Position numbers and translations under genes: made by a program. Of a stretch of 64,000 nucleotides of DNA, positions 27,732 to 36,958 are shown piece by piece. Below the pieces are notes generated by a model. The model was given only the letters and a program-made list of their open reading frames with translations, was not told the origin of the DNA and made no database searches. Where the stretch lies: positions 203,951 to 267,950 of the forward strand of contig SVSP01000001.1 of the NCBI GenBank assembly GCA_015064255.1. Direction: 5' to 3'. Within the stretch, counting starts at the first letter, position 1, and each line of letters opens with the position of its first letter. This DNA comes from Oscillospiraceae bacterium (GTDB lineage Bacteria > Bacillota > Clostridia > Oscillospirales > CAG-272).

Positions 27732-28829
27732 ATGAAGATTTATATGATAATAGAAGAAGATTTTGCCGAAACTGTGTGGGGCAAGGCGATACTCGAAGGA
27801 ATGAAACACAAATCTGCGGCACTTAAGCACGAGCTGTGCGAAATAAAGAGCTACGATATTGATTTCGGTGAGCAGAAGAGAATAGTAGTGCTTGTCGGTA
27901 CCGCAAATTCGTGGATAAATAAAACGCTCAGAGAGCTGTCAAGATACGATATAAGAGGAATAGTTCTCAACTGTCAGCCGACAGAGCTTGTACCGGGAAC
28001 GAGTTATATACTTATAGATTATGCCTGCGCTACGTACGGCTGTATCGAATATCTTCATTCCTGTGAGCGTAAAAATATCGCTCTCTTTGCCATAAATCCC
28101 AACTCTATTACAGATTCCACCAAACACAGAAGCTTCCTTGAATTCGGACTCAGTGAGTCTGATATCTATATAAGCGACGATTCTCTTTCCGAATGTTATA
28201 AAAGACTTTATGCGAATATAGGAAAATATAATGCCGTAATATGTGCAAACGATATAGCGGCTATAGCTTTGATAAGAAGACTTGAAAAGGATAATATAAG
28301 AGTGCCCGAGGATATTTATATCGTAAGCTTCGGTAATCTCCTTATAGGACGTTATTTTTCCTACCCGCTTACGACAATGACTCTTAACGATGAGGAACTT
28401 GGTCGGCAGGCCGTGGCGATGTACGCTTATCTTGTCAAGAGCGAGGTTGATATAAATATTCAGATGACGATACCGTGTCAGCTTGTCTTAGGTGTCACTA
28501 CCGAATACCGCGAAATGGGCAAGCAGAGCTTCGGAATATCTCTTCATACAGCCGACGATAATTATTTTTATAACGATGCCGATGTCAGCGAGATGATGAA
28601 GATAGAGAATTTCCTCGTCCGCTGTGACGAAACCGATATGAAGATAATCAGCGGTATGCTTTCAAACGTTTCGTATGCAAAAATAGGCGAGAATGCTTAC
28701 ATATCCGAAAATGCGGTCAAATACCGTGTAAAAAGAATGCTTCAAAGCATAAATATTGAATCCAAAACAGAGTTTTGCAATATTATGAAAACCTATTGTA
28801 TGAATATTTCTGAAAAGTTTGAATTTTAA
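27732..28829 (+). CDS. Hybrid regulator: LacI-type sugar-binding domain without N-terminal HTH, plus C-terminal LuxR/GerE-type HTH
   Basis: The periplasmic-binding-protein-like core ('AVICANDIAAIALIRRLEKDNIRVPEDIYIVSFGN') starts at residue 1. The C-terminus 'YAKIGENAYISENAVKYRVKRMLQSINIESKTEF' fits a GerE HTH. Confidence 0.6.
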   Translation: MKIYMIIEEDFAETVWGKAILEGMKHKSAALKHELCEIKSYDIDFGEQKRIVVLVGTANSWINKTLRELSRYDIRGIVLNCQPTELVPGTSYILIDYACATYGCIEYLHSCERKNIALFAINPNSITDSTKHRSFLEFGLSESDIYISDDSLSECYKRLYANIGKYNAVICANDIAAIALIRRLEKDNIRVPEDIYIVSFGNLLIGRYFSYPLTTMTLNDEELGRQAVAMYAYLVKSEVDINIQMTIPCQLVLGVTTEYREMGKQSFGISLHTADDNYFYNDADVSEMMKIENFLVRCDETDMKIISGMLSNVSYAKIGENAYISENAVKYRVKRMLQSINIESKTEFCNIMKTYCMNISEKFEF

Positions 28830-28841
28830 AGGAGAATAACG

Positions 28842-29408
28842 ATGGAATACAGAAAATATATTGAATTTCTAAACGTAATTGAAAAGCTGAAATGCAATAC
28901 CCGCCATTCATGGACGTCAAGCGGCAGACAGGAATCGGTTGCGGAGCATTCGTGGAGACTTGCCGTTATGGCGATGCTTTGTGCCGGCGAGTATCACGAG
29001 CTTGATATAAATAAAGTCATAAAAATGTGTCTGATACACGATTTTGGAGAAGCTATAACGGGCGATATTCCGGCTTTTGTCAAAACCGAGGAAAACGAAA
29101 AGAGCGAGGAAAAAGCAATAGTAACCTTGCTCGAGCTACTCCCCGATCTCGAAAAAGAAGAGCTTGCTTTGCTTTTTGAAGAGATGAACGCACTTGAAAC
29201 GAAAGAAGCGAAACTCTATAAGGCTCTCGACAATATAGAGGCACTTATATCGCATAATGAGGCGGATATTTCAACCTGGCTTCCGCTTGAATATACCGAA
29301 AATCTCGTGTACGGTCAGAAAAATTCCGAGTGGTCAGAGTGGACGAAAGGTCTGCGTGAAAAAGTGAAACAGGATAGTATCAAAAAAATAAATCAAAGCA
29401 AACAGTAA
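28842..29408 (+). CDS. HD-domain phosphohydrolase (YfbR-like 5'-nucleotidase family)
   Basis: 'ESVAEHSWRLAVMA' and 'IHDFGEAITGDIP' HD-motif blocks. Confidence 0.7.
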   Translation: MEYRKYIEFLNVIEKLKCNTRHSWTSSGRQESVAEHSWRLAVMAMLCAGEYHELDINKVIKMCLIHDFGEAITGDIPAFVKTEENEKSEEKAIVTLLELLPDLEKEELALLFEEMNALETKEAKLYKALDNIEALISHNEADISTWLPLEYTENLVYGQKNSEWSEWTKGLREKVKQDSIKKINQSKQ

Positions 29409-29410
29409 AA

Positions 29411-29616
29411 AACAACCCGATAGATTTAATCTATCGGGTTGCTCAGACTGAAGATAAAATAATAAAAGAGAAGTTTTTAGCCAAGGAAATGGGATTAGAG
29501 TCTGAGAGAAGGGGAAAAACTTCGGCGTTTGAGATGGTTTTACCCTTCTCTCAGTTAATGTTTGTGAGTTTGTCTACACTTTGAACAACCCGATAGATTT
29601 AATCTATCGGGTTGCT
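29411..29616. repeat. 33-nt direct repeat (each a perfect 14-bp-stem hairpin) flanking a 140-bp insert
   Basis: AACAACCCGATAGATTTAATCTATCGGGTTGCT occurs at 29411-29443 and again, identical, at 29584-29616. Confidence 0.9.
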
Positions 29617-29627
29617 GTTTATGTGTG

Positions 29628-31832
29628 TTAATCCTGCTTTGCAAGCTCAGCCATACGTTGTGCCATAACGAGCTTGTAGTAGAAGCCTTTCTTGTCGAGA
29701 AGCTCTGCGTGAGTTCCGTATTCAACGACCTTACCTCTGTTAAGAACGAGAAGCTTGTCGGCGTTTCGGAGTGTCGAGAGTCTGTGTGCAATAGCGAATG
29801 TAGTTCTGCCGACAGAAAGGTTGTTAAGAGCATCCTGAATGAGCTTTTCTGTTTCTGTGTCGAGAGCAGCAGTTGCTTCGTCGAGAATAAGTATCTTGGG
29901 GTTGTGAATAACCGCACGCGCGATAGCAATTCTCTGACGTTCACCACCCGAAAGGGAAAGACCTTTTTCACCGACGATGGTGTTATATCCTTGCGGAAGC
30001 TTCATTATGAAGTCGTGCGCGTTGGCTGTTCTTGCAGCCTCAATTACCTCTTCGTTGGAAGCAAGCGGCTTGGAATAACGGATATTGTCGCGAATAGAAC
30101 CGGAGAAAAGGTGTGTTTCCTGAAGAACTACACCGATCTGGGAACGAAGTGCGTTTTGCGAAATATCCTTGATGTTTACGTCGTCAATTTCGATAGCACC
30201 CTCGGTGACGTCGTACAGACGCATTATAAGGTTAATAAGCGTCGTTTTACCGCAACCGGAGTGACCAACGATACCTACGAATTCACCCTTCTTAACTTCA
30301 AGATTGATGTTTTCAAGAACGGGGTTGTAGCTGTCGTATCCGAATGTAACGTTTTTAATGTTGATATCGCCTTCGATTCTGATGTCGATAGGCATTTCAA
30401 TATCGGCAACGTCGGGCTCTTCTTCGAGGATCTCAAGAATCTTCGAGAAGGATGTGATAAATGCCGAAATGTTACGGGGAATAGCGGTTATCTGCATAAG
30501 AGGCTCGTAAATGATGCCCGAATAGCTTGTGAACTGAGAAAGCTCACCGACGTTCATATGACCGCCGAAAAGCATAAGGTTACCGTAGAGAAGAATGAAG
30601 TAGCTACCGAGTCTTATTGTGAAACCTACGAAGGGGAAGACTGTATCGAAGAGCTTCGCGTTGCTTTCTTCCTTCTGAGCCTGAGCTTCGGCATATTTTT
30701 CGAAATCGTCTATCGCCTGTTCTTCCTTACCGAAAGCCTTTACAACACGTATACCGTTAAGGTTATCCTGAAGATAGATGTTAGTTCTGTGAGCGAGTAT
30801 CCAACCGTGAACGTTTCTCTTGTTCATCATGCTCCAGAACTTTGTAATAAAGAATATTGCAAAGGGAAGAGGAATGAATACGAAAAGACACATAAAGGGA
30901 TTGAGCCAAAGAAGAAGTATAAGTGCGAGTATGAACGAGAACGCCTGCGCAACGTATGTGGGGAGAAGGTTCGTTATGAAGTTCTGAACGACAGAAACGT
31001 CATTGTTGATTCTTCCCATAAGGTCACCGGTGGATTTCTTCTGAATCGAAGACATCGAAAGGTTTTCGATCTTTTCGAAGAGAAGTGCGCGAAGCATACG
31101 CATAAATCTGTTACCGGATATCGCAGCAAGACGACCCTGAATAACGTTGATCGCACGGCTTATGAGGTCGAAGGTAATTATCGCGGCAACGATAACGAAG
31201 AATTCCGTGATGTGGTCTTTTCCGTTTTCGGCGAGAATATATTTGTCGATCGCAATTCTCTGAACAGCGGGAACAACAAATCTGAAGATCATAGCGATAA
31301 TAGCTGTGAGAAGCGGGAAGAGCATCATAAGACGCAGACCCTTGGTCATACCCCAAAGCTTTTTGTAGATCTCTTTTTTGTCCTGACAGAAAGGACAGAT
31401 CTTTGTGTGTGCAACGAATGGACGGTTACATTTTGGACAGAATCTCTCGGGTTCATTTGATGTGAGAGGCTCTTTCTTTCCGTGCTTTACGATAAGGTCA
31501 CAACCTGTAGCAACGACTGCATATCTCGGAAGATTTCGTCCTGAGATAAACAGGCAGAGCAGAGTCGATATACCGTCTTTCTTTGCATAGAATCCGCATA
31601 TACCGTACTGTACTTCGGTAGAAAACTCGCTGAGTGAGTAAATATCATACTTGAACAGTAGTTCTCCGTCCAAAAGCTTGTAAATAAATTTGTCGGTAAC
31701 GACTACAAAGCCGTTTACCCTTTTTTCACCCTCAAAGTTGTAAGGCAAACAGTACATTACCTTTTCATCTTCGGCGACAGACGCGTCAAAGGTGGCTTGA
31801 TCCTTTTCGGGCAGGTCAAAAAGAAGTTTCAT
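29628..31832 (-). CDS. ABC exporter (TMD-NBD fusion) with ~150-aa cytoplasmic N-terminal extension ending in a zinc ribbon
   Basis: Walker A 'GHSGCGKTT', signature 'LSGGERQR', Walker B 'ILILDEAT', and N-terminal 'CPKCNRPFVAHTKICPFCQ'. Confidence 0.85.
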   Translation of the reverse strand: MKLLFDLPEKDQATFDASVAEDEKVMYCLPYNFEGEKRVNGFVVVTDKFIYKLLDGELLFKYDIYSLSEFSTEVQYGICGFYAKKDGISTLLCLFISGRNLPRYAVVATGCDLIVKHGKKEPLTSNEPERFCPKCNRPFVAHTKICPFCQDKKEIYKKLWGMTKGLRLMMLFPLLTAIIAMIFRFVVPAVQRIAIDKYILAENGKDHITEFFVIVAAIITFDLISRAINVIQGRLAAISGNRFMRMLRALLFEKIENLSMSSIQKKSTGDLMGRINNDVSVVQNFITNLLPTYVAQAFSFILALILLLWLNPFMCLFVFIPLPFAIFFITKFWSMMNKRNVHGWILAHRTNIYLQDNLNGIRVVKAFGKEEQAIDDFEKYAEAQAQKEESNAKLFDTVFPFVGFTIRLGSYFILLYGNLMLFGGHMNVGELSQFTSYSGIIYEPLMQITAIPRNISAFITSFSKILEILEEEPDVADIEMPIDIRIEGDINIKNVTFGYDSYNPVLENINLEVKKGEFVGIVGHSGCGKTTLINLIMRLYDVTEGAIEIDDVNIKDISQNALRSQIGVVLQETHLFSGSIRDNIRYSKPLASNEEVIEAARTANAHDFIMKLPQGYNTIVGEKGLSLSGGERQRIAIARAVIHNPKILILDEATAALDTETEKLIQDALNNLSVGRTTFAIAHRLSTLRNADKLLVLNRGKVVEYGTHAELLDKKGFYYKLVMAQRMAELAKQD

Positions 31833-31888
31833 AACTGAAGTCCTCTTGTTTTATAAAAAGTATTTCGATTTTTGTGATTTTTAAGATT

Positions 31889-32455
31889 TTACAGATATAT
31901 TTCAATCTTCTTGTAGCTTGCCTTGTCGATCTTGAGGGGATCGTGAATTGAGAAGCAGTTTCCGTCGATATCGGTCATAAGAACGCTGTCGTCCTCAAGT
32001 ATTCTGATATTTGACATAGGGTTGCTCATAACAAAGCTTACCTTGCCGGCACTTGTTTCCGCTTCAAAGTAGCAGTAGCCGAATTTTTCTTTGAGAGAAT
32101 TGATCTTTTTGATTTCGGGGATAAAGTAACGTCTGTCGAGCTCCTCGTTAAGAAGTGCTACGGTATCTGCGTCAAAATCGGAAAGTCTTCTTATAAATCC
32201 GATTTCTGCACCCTTTCCTTTTTCCTTTGATTCGGGCTCTCTGATAGAGATAAACTCATCGGGATCCGAGAGAGGAAATGCTCTTACGGGAACTATTCTT
32301 TCGAATGTCTCGATTTCTCCGTCTTCTTTTGTAAGCTCCAAGGAAATAAGATTTCCTTCAGAACGGAAGAAACGGGAGTTTTCCATTGTAAGGTCTATTG
32401 ATTTGCGTACCGAAAATAAATTTTCATCAAGTTCATTTAATTCCTGATCGGTCAT
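31889..32455 (-). CDS. DUF1854-like protein (ABC-transporter-associated, unknown function)
   Basis: 188-aa acidic soluble protein sandwiched between two ABC exporter genes, the usual context of DUF1854. Assigned from memory of the family. Confidence 0.5.
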   Translation of the reverse strand: MTDQELNELDENLFSVRKSIDLTMENSRFFRSEGNLISLELTKEDGEIETFERIVPVRAFPLSDPDEFISIREPESKEKGKGAEIGFIRRLSDFDADTVALLNEELDRRYFIPEIKKINSLKEKFGYCYFEAETSAGKVSFVMSNPMSNIRILEDDSVLMTDIDGNCFSIHDPLKIDKASYKKIEIYL

Positions 32456-32492
32456 GACTGAAATTCCATCCTTTCTAAAATAACTGAAGTGA

Positions 32493-34841
32493 TCAGCGGC
32501 CCTCTGCGACCTGTTTCATCTGTTCGGTCTGAAGTGTCCACAGCTTGTAATATACGCCCTTCTTTGCGAGAAGTTCCTCTTCCGTACCCATCTCGGCGAT
32601 TTCTCCATCCTCGATAGCCATAAGGATATCGCTGTTGCGGAGTGTTGCAAGACGGTGGGCGATAGTTATTGTTGTTCTGCCTTCGACAAGCTTGTCGATA
32701 GCTTCACTGATCAGTTTTTCGGTTTGAGTGTCCATAGCCGCCGTTGCTTCGTCAAGAATAAGAAGTGAGGGCGAGAGCAGAAGTGCTCTTGCAATAGAGA
32801 TTCTCTGTCTTTCTCCTCCGGAAAGGGTTCTGTATCCGATTCCTATTCGTGTTTCGTAGCCTTCGGGCAGACGCATTATGAAGTCGTGAGCATTTGCGGC
32901 GCGTGCAGCGTTTATGACTTCTTCCATAGTCGCGTCGGGACGCGCGTATCTTATGTTATCTGCAATAGTACCGCGGAAAAGGTATATTTCCTGAGAAACT
33001 ATCGCGATGTTCTTTCTGAGAGAATCGATCTTGATCTTTTTGATCTCGTGACCGTCTATTGAGATCGAACCGCTGATAACGTCGTACATTCTCGTTATCA
33101 GATTTGCTATCGTAGTCTTTCCGCTACCCGTGTGACCTACAAGACCGATATGCTGACCGGCTTTTATTTCAAAGGAAACGTCTTTAAGAATAGGACGGTT
33201 GGGAACGTAGTGGAAGCATACTTTGTCGAACGTAAGACTGCCCTTGACCTCGTCAAGTGTTACTGCTTCGGGATCGTCAGCTATTTCGGGGATCATATCG
33301 ATCGTTTCGAAGTATCTCTGCGAAGAGTTTATAGTATCTGTGATGATGTTTGTGAACGTTGAGAAGAAGTTAAGGGGACCGAATATCATACCGGTGTAAC
33401 CGATGTAGGTTGTAAGTTCACCGTATGTCATACGCTGTTCCATAATTTCGATACCGCCCACACCCCAGATTGCCGTACTCGAGATACCGATAAGAAGACC
33501 GACTACGGGGAAAATCATAAGGGAAATGATGTTTGAACGCAGGTTAGCTTCAAAGAGCTTTGTGGAGAATTCGTAGAAACGCGCACTTTCTTCGGCTTCC
33601 TTTGCAAACGCCTTTACAACTCGTACACCGTTGAGCGAGTCACCGAGCATAGAGTTGAGTGAGGAAGAACGTCTGTAAACGTGAGAGAAGGAACGCCAAA
33701 GCTTAGGAAGCATTATCTTGAATATACACACGATGATAGGAACGGGTATAAAGACTATAAGAGTTAGCTTCCAGTTAAGTATAAACAGGAAGACAGCAAC
33801 ACCGATAAAGTTTACAACGTTTATAACAAGATGGGGAAGACCGTCTATGTAAAAGCTTCGTATTCTTGTAGCATCGTAATTTACTCGGTTGATAAGACGA
33901 CCGGTTGAGTTGTTGTTGAAGAAGGAAAGCGAAAGACGTTGCATCGCATCAAAAACATAGTTCTTCATGTTTTTGGTAACGTGTGTTGACATATATGCGT
34001 TTGCACGGTTTTGGAGTATGCCGATTCCGAGTGAGAAAAGCGCAAGACCGACTATCAGACCGACAACGATATACACGTATTTTTCTTCGTGGAGAAGACC
34101 GGTTATCTGCGTGCCGCTTTCATCGTATGTAGGCTGTGCGATTACCTGGTCGTAAAGTATCTTACCGCTTATAAACGGAGAAGATAGCGACACGGCGGAA
34201 GAAAGCAGCATACAGATGATTACGAGCGTAAATTGGAACTTAAAGTCCTTGAAGTACTGCAGAAGCCGTATAAGAGTGCCCTTTCGGTTTGCACAGTTTT
34301 CGCAGATCTTTCTGTTCTGGTCGGGATATACCGTTCCGCACTTCGGACACTTTGCGTTGAACTGCTCAAAGAGAGGATCGTCTTCCGAAACGGTTTCTCC
34401 GCGGACGATTCTTTCCCAAATAGTTATAAAGGCAAAGAGGCGTCGTTTTATCGAGTTTGTACCGCAGCAGAGGATAATGGTTTCGGTATCCTTTGCCTTG
34501 TGGTACTGATGAAGTCTTTTTTTGTAATCCTCGTCAGCCTCGCCTTCTTCGCGTGACGGAATCTTATCCTTGTGAAGAAGAGCGAGCATACGGTTGGTGG
34601 TCATAAAGTTATCGACGTAGGGCGCGGAAACGTAGTCGAGATCAAAGCTTTCTGCCGAATTATCCTTGGCATTAAATCTCCAGAGCGTTTTCGCATCTGC
34701 CGTGATAGCAAGCCACATACTTTGGAAGCATTCGTTTGTATCAAGGTCGAGGTGAAGCGCGACGACAAAGTCATCTTTGTTCATCGAGTTCGCCTCAAGT
34801 ATGGCGTACAGTTCGTCATACGATTTTTCAAGAGGCAACAT
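32493..34841 (-). CDS. ABC exporter (TMD-NBD fusion) with ~190-aa N-terminal extension ending in a zinc ribbon
   Basis: 'GHTGSGKTT', 'LSGGERQR', 'LLILDEAT', and N-terminal 'CPKCGTVYPDQNRKICENC'. Confidence 0.85.
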   Translation of the reverse strand: MLPLEKSYDELYAILEANSMNKDDFVVALHLDLDTNECFQSMWLAITADAKTLWRFNAKDNSAESFDLDYVSAPYVDNFMTTNRMLALLHKDKIPSREEGEADEDYKKRLHQYHKAKDTETIILCCGTNSIKRRLFAFITIWERIVRGETVSEDDPLFEQFNAKCPKCGTVYPDQNRKICENCANRKGTLIRLLQYFKDFKFQFTLVIICMLLSSAVSLSSPFISGKILYDQVIAQPTYDESGTQITGLLHEEKYVYIVVGLIVGLALFSLGIGILQNRANAYMSTHVTKNMKNYVFDAMQRLSLSFFNNNSTGRLINRVNYDATRIRSFYIDGLPHLVINVVNFIGVAVFLFILNWKLTLIVFIPVPIIVCIFKIMLPKLWRSFSHVYRRSSSLNSMLGDSLNGVRVVKAFAKEAEESARFYEFSTKLFEANLRSNIISLMIFPVVGLLIGISSTAIWGVGGIEIMEQRMTYGELTTYIGYTGMIFGPLNFFSTFTNIITDTINSSQRYFETIDMIPEIADDPEAVTLDEVKGSLTFDKVCFHYVPNRPILKDVSFEIKAGQHIGLVGHTGSGKTTIANLITRMYDVISGSISIDGHEIKKIKIDSLRKNIAIVSQEIYLFRGTIADNIRYARPDATMEEVINAARAANAHDFIMRLPEGYETRIGIGYRTLSGGERQRISIARALLLSPSLLILDEATAAMDTQTEKLISEAIDKLVEGRTTITIAHRLATLRNSDILMAIEDGEIAEMGTEEELLAKKGVYYKLWTLQTEQMKQVAEGR

Positions 34842-35223
34842 AATGAATAATCCTTTCGGTTTATATACGCATAGATATAGATTTTATTCAATCCATTACA
34901 AAGTAATTATACCATAGCCAAAACGTTGTCAATTCCAAAACTAAACATTAACTCAAATTGTACGATATGCATATTTTTGACTGTGTTATTTTGGTTATAT
35001 TGATGTAAAAACGATACGATTTTCAGACCTTAAATACGAAAAAGCGCCGATTTGAAAATGAAAAATCAAGAAATAAATCCCACGAAAGCAAATTAAAGCT
35101 CGAAAAAAGGTAAAAGACAAGCAAAAAAAGCGGTTAAAAGATTTTACTAGCAAACAAATACCCAAATCCAATAATTTATTAAAAAACGTAGAGAAATGTA
35201 GGGAATTATTTTTTGAAAATCTA

Positions 35224-35252
35224 TTGACGAGCGAATAAAAAAGTTGTATAAT
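35224..35252 (+). promoter_or_regulatory. Near-consensus sigma-A promoter in front of the IS1634-like gene
   Basis: TTGACG, 17 nt spacer, TATAAT. It lies 35 nt upstream of the ATG (RBS GGGAGG). Confidence 0.6.
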
Positions 35253-35286
35253 CAAGTCAGTAAAAATCTTTTGGGAGGTAATATTT

Positions 35287-36903
35287 ATGACGGTAAAATA
35301 TGTTAAAAGCGGAAACGATTTTCGCGTTTATATCGTTGAATCTTACAGAGTTCCCGGAGAGCAAAATCCCAAATCAAGAACACTTCTGAAGCTCGGACTT
35401 TTGTCTGAACTGAAAAAGAAACACGAAAATTTCGAAGAGTATATAGAAAATATCATCGCTCGTCTTTCTGCAGAGCAAAAGGCGCATCGTGACAACAAGG
35501 ATTCCGAATTTTCATCCGTCCTTGATGAACTTGAATATGGCGGGAAATCTTATTCCGAAGAATATCATATCGGTCATATGCTCTTGAAAAAAGTGTGGGA
35601 TGAGCTTAATTTGCCTTACTTTTTCAGGTATTACGGTTCAAAAATGATGGTCGGCGGTGCTGATATCGAGCACGCGGCATTTGCATTCTGCGCAGAAGCT
35701 TTTTATGAGCTCGGACCGCAGAGAGATGTCTGGGACAGAGAAAAATGCTTTATCGAAAACGATATATCCGAATTCGGAAACGTGATGAAAATGCTCGATA
35801 TTTTCGATACCGTAAGAGATAAGCTTTTTTCTTACATAGACAAGAAAAACGATATAAGGGAGAAAAACGCGGTGGATTTTATCCACGTTTTCCCGAGTGT
35901 TTTTGAGTGTGAATCGTCACAGGGCGGAAATCTTAAATATACGGAAACGCCCGCACTCTGCTATATGCACGCAAATAAGGACGGTATAGTATATTCGGGT
36001 GAGGTTTCGGTCGGAAATTCAAAGATCACCGACGAATTTCTTGATAAGAAAAGTAAAAATGATAAAACGGGCAATAAGCACGCAAGTAATTCGATATTCG
36101 TTTCAAACAGATTTGCACCCGAGTACAGTGACCTTATAAAAATAAGGGAAAAAGGGCACGGATATATTACGTATAACAGAATAAAAACGCTGTCGAGAAG
36201 TATTCAAAACGATATGCTCGCATCTGAAAACTATACGGCAATAAACAGCGATTTTAAGTATAAGGTTCGTACGAGAAGTGAAGAACTCAGATATAATATG
36301 CAGGATATCCTTCTTGAAGAAAAGTATATCTACACGTATTCTCAGAAGCGTTTTAAAAAGGAAAGAAACGACAGACTTTCCCTTTTGGCAAGAACCTTGC
36401 CCTTTGCGACGGATGTTGTCAAAAACCATACGTCTTCGGATGATAATGAGATCGATAAGCAGTTTGACGGATACAGATGTATAAGATCTTCGGGGTGCCG
36501 TATGGCAAACAGCGAAATAATTGACGTGTGCAGACTTTGCGCGCGCCTTGAAGATTACGTCAGAAGCATCAGAAGCGTCGTTGAAGCGCGTCAGAGCGTT
36601 GTGTGGAATACAAAAAGAATACGCGGATTTTTCACGTTTGCATTTTTGGTGGTGCGCCTTCTCAATATGATAGAGCTTAAGGTCAGTACGCTTGCGGAAA
36701 ATAAATTATCGTACGACAGAATAATATCCGCAATAACGGACGCTAAGGTAATTCCTGTCGATAAAAACGGCAAGGTATGGAAAACCGCTAATATAAGTGA
36801 TGATTTCAGACAGATCGCAGAAGCGCTCGGAGCAGAACAGCTTTCTGATATGTATTTGGCGCAAACACTGAAAAAAGTAAGCGGATTTACGATAAGACTT
36901 TGA
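35287..36903 (+). CDS. IS1634-family transposase-like protein, apparently degenerate/domesticated
   Basis: The N-terminus 'FRVYIVESYRVPGEQNPKSRTLLKLGLLSEL' and C-terminal 'FDGYRCI...LCARLEDYVRSIRS' parallel IS1634 (IS4-like DDE) transposases. I found no terminal inverted repeats. Confidence 0.55.
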   Translation: MTVKYVKSGNDFRVYIVESYRVPGEQNPKSRTLLKLGLLSELKKKHENFEEYIENIIARLSAEQKAHRDNKDSEFSSVLDELEYGGKSYSEEYHIGHMLLKKVWDELNLPYFFRYYGSKMMVGGADIEHAAFAFCAEAFYELGPQRDVWDREKCFIENDISEFGNVMKMLDIFDTVRDKLFSYIDKKNDIREKNAVDFIHVFPSVFECESSQGGNLKYTETPALCYMHANKDGIVYSGEVSVGNSKITDEFLDKKSKNDKTGNKHASNSIFVSNRFAPEYSDLIKIREKGHGYITYNRIKTLSRSIQNDMLASENYTAINSDFKYKVRTRSEELRYNMQDILLEEKYIYTYSQKRFKKERNDRLSLLARTLPFATDVVKNHTSSDDNEIDKQFDGYRCIRSSGCRMANSEIIDVCRLCARLEDYVRSIRSVVEARQSVVWNTKRIRGFFTFAFLVVRLLNMIELKVSTLAENKLSYDRIISAITDAKVIPVDKNGKVWKTANISDDFRQIAEALGAEQLSDMYLAQTLKKVSGFTIRL

Positions 36904-36958
36904 AATTTGACCGTGAAAGCGGCAATTTATAAAAGAAAAAATCAAAGGAGATTTGATT

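Noticed and set aside
29489-29582. A 31-codon ORF (MGLESERRGKTSAFEMVLPFSQLMFVSLSTL) inside the 140-bp insert. Also a possible conserved peptide reading of the shared 48-nt motif (QTE[DY]KIIKEK...).
   Set aside because: The only AGGA lies directly against the ATG with no spacing. The copy at 536-583 has no start codon and diverges right after the motif. The minus-strand reading also lacks a Met. RNA or DNA-level conservation is the simpler explanation.
34995-35255. An 86-aa minus-strand ORF in the 440-bp gap upstream of the IS1634-like gene.
   Set aside because: It is very AT-rich with low-complexity Phe/Leu/Ile/Asn composition and no RBS. It overlaps the promoter of the IS-like gene.
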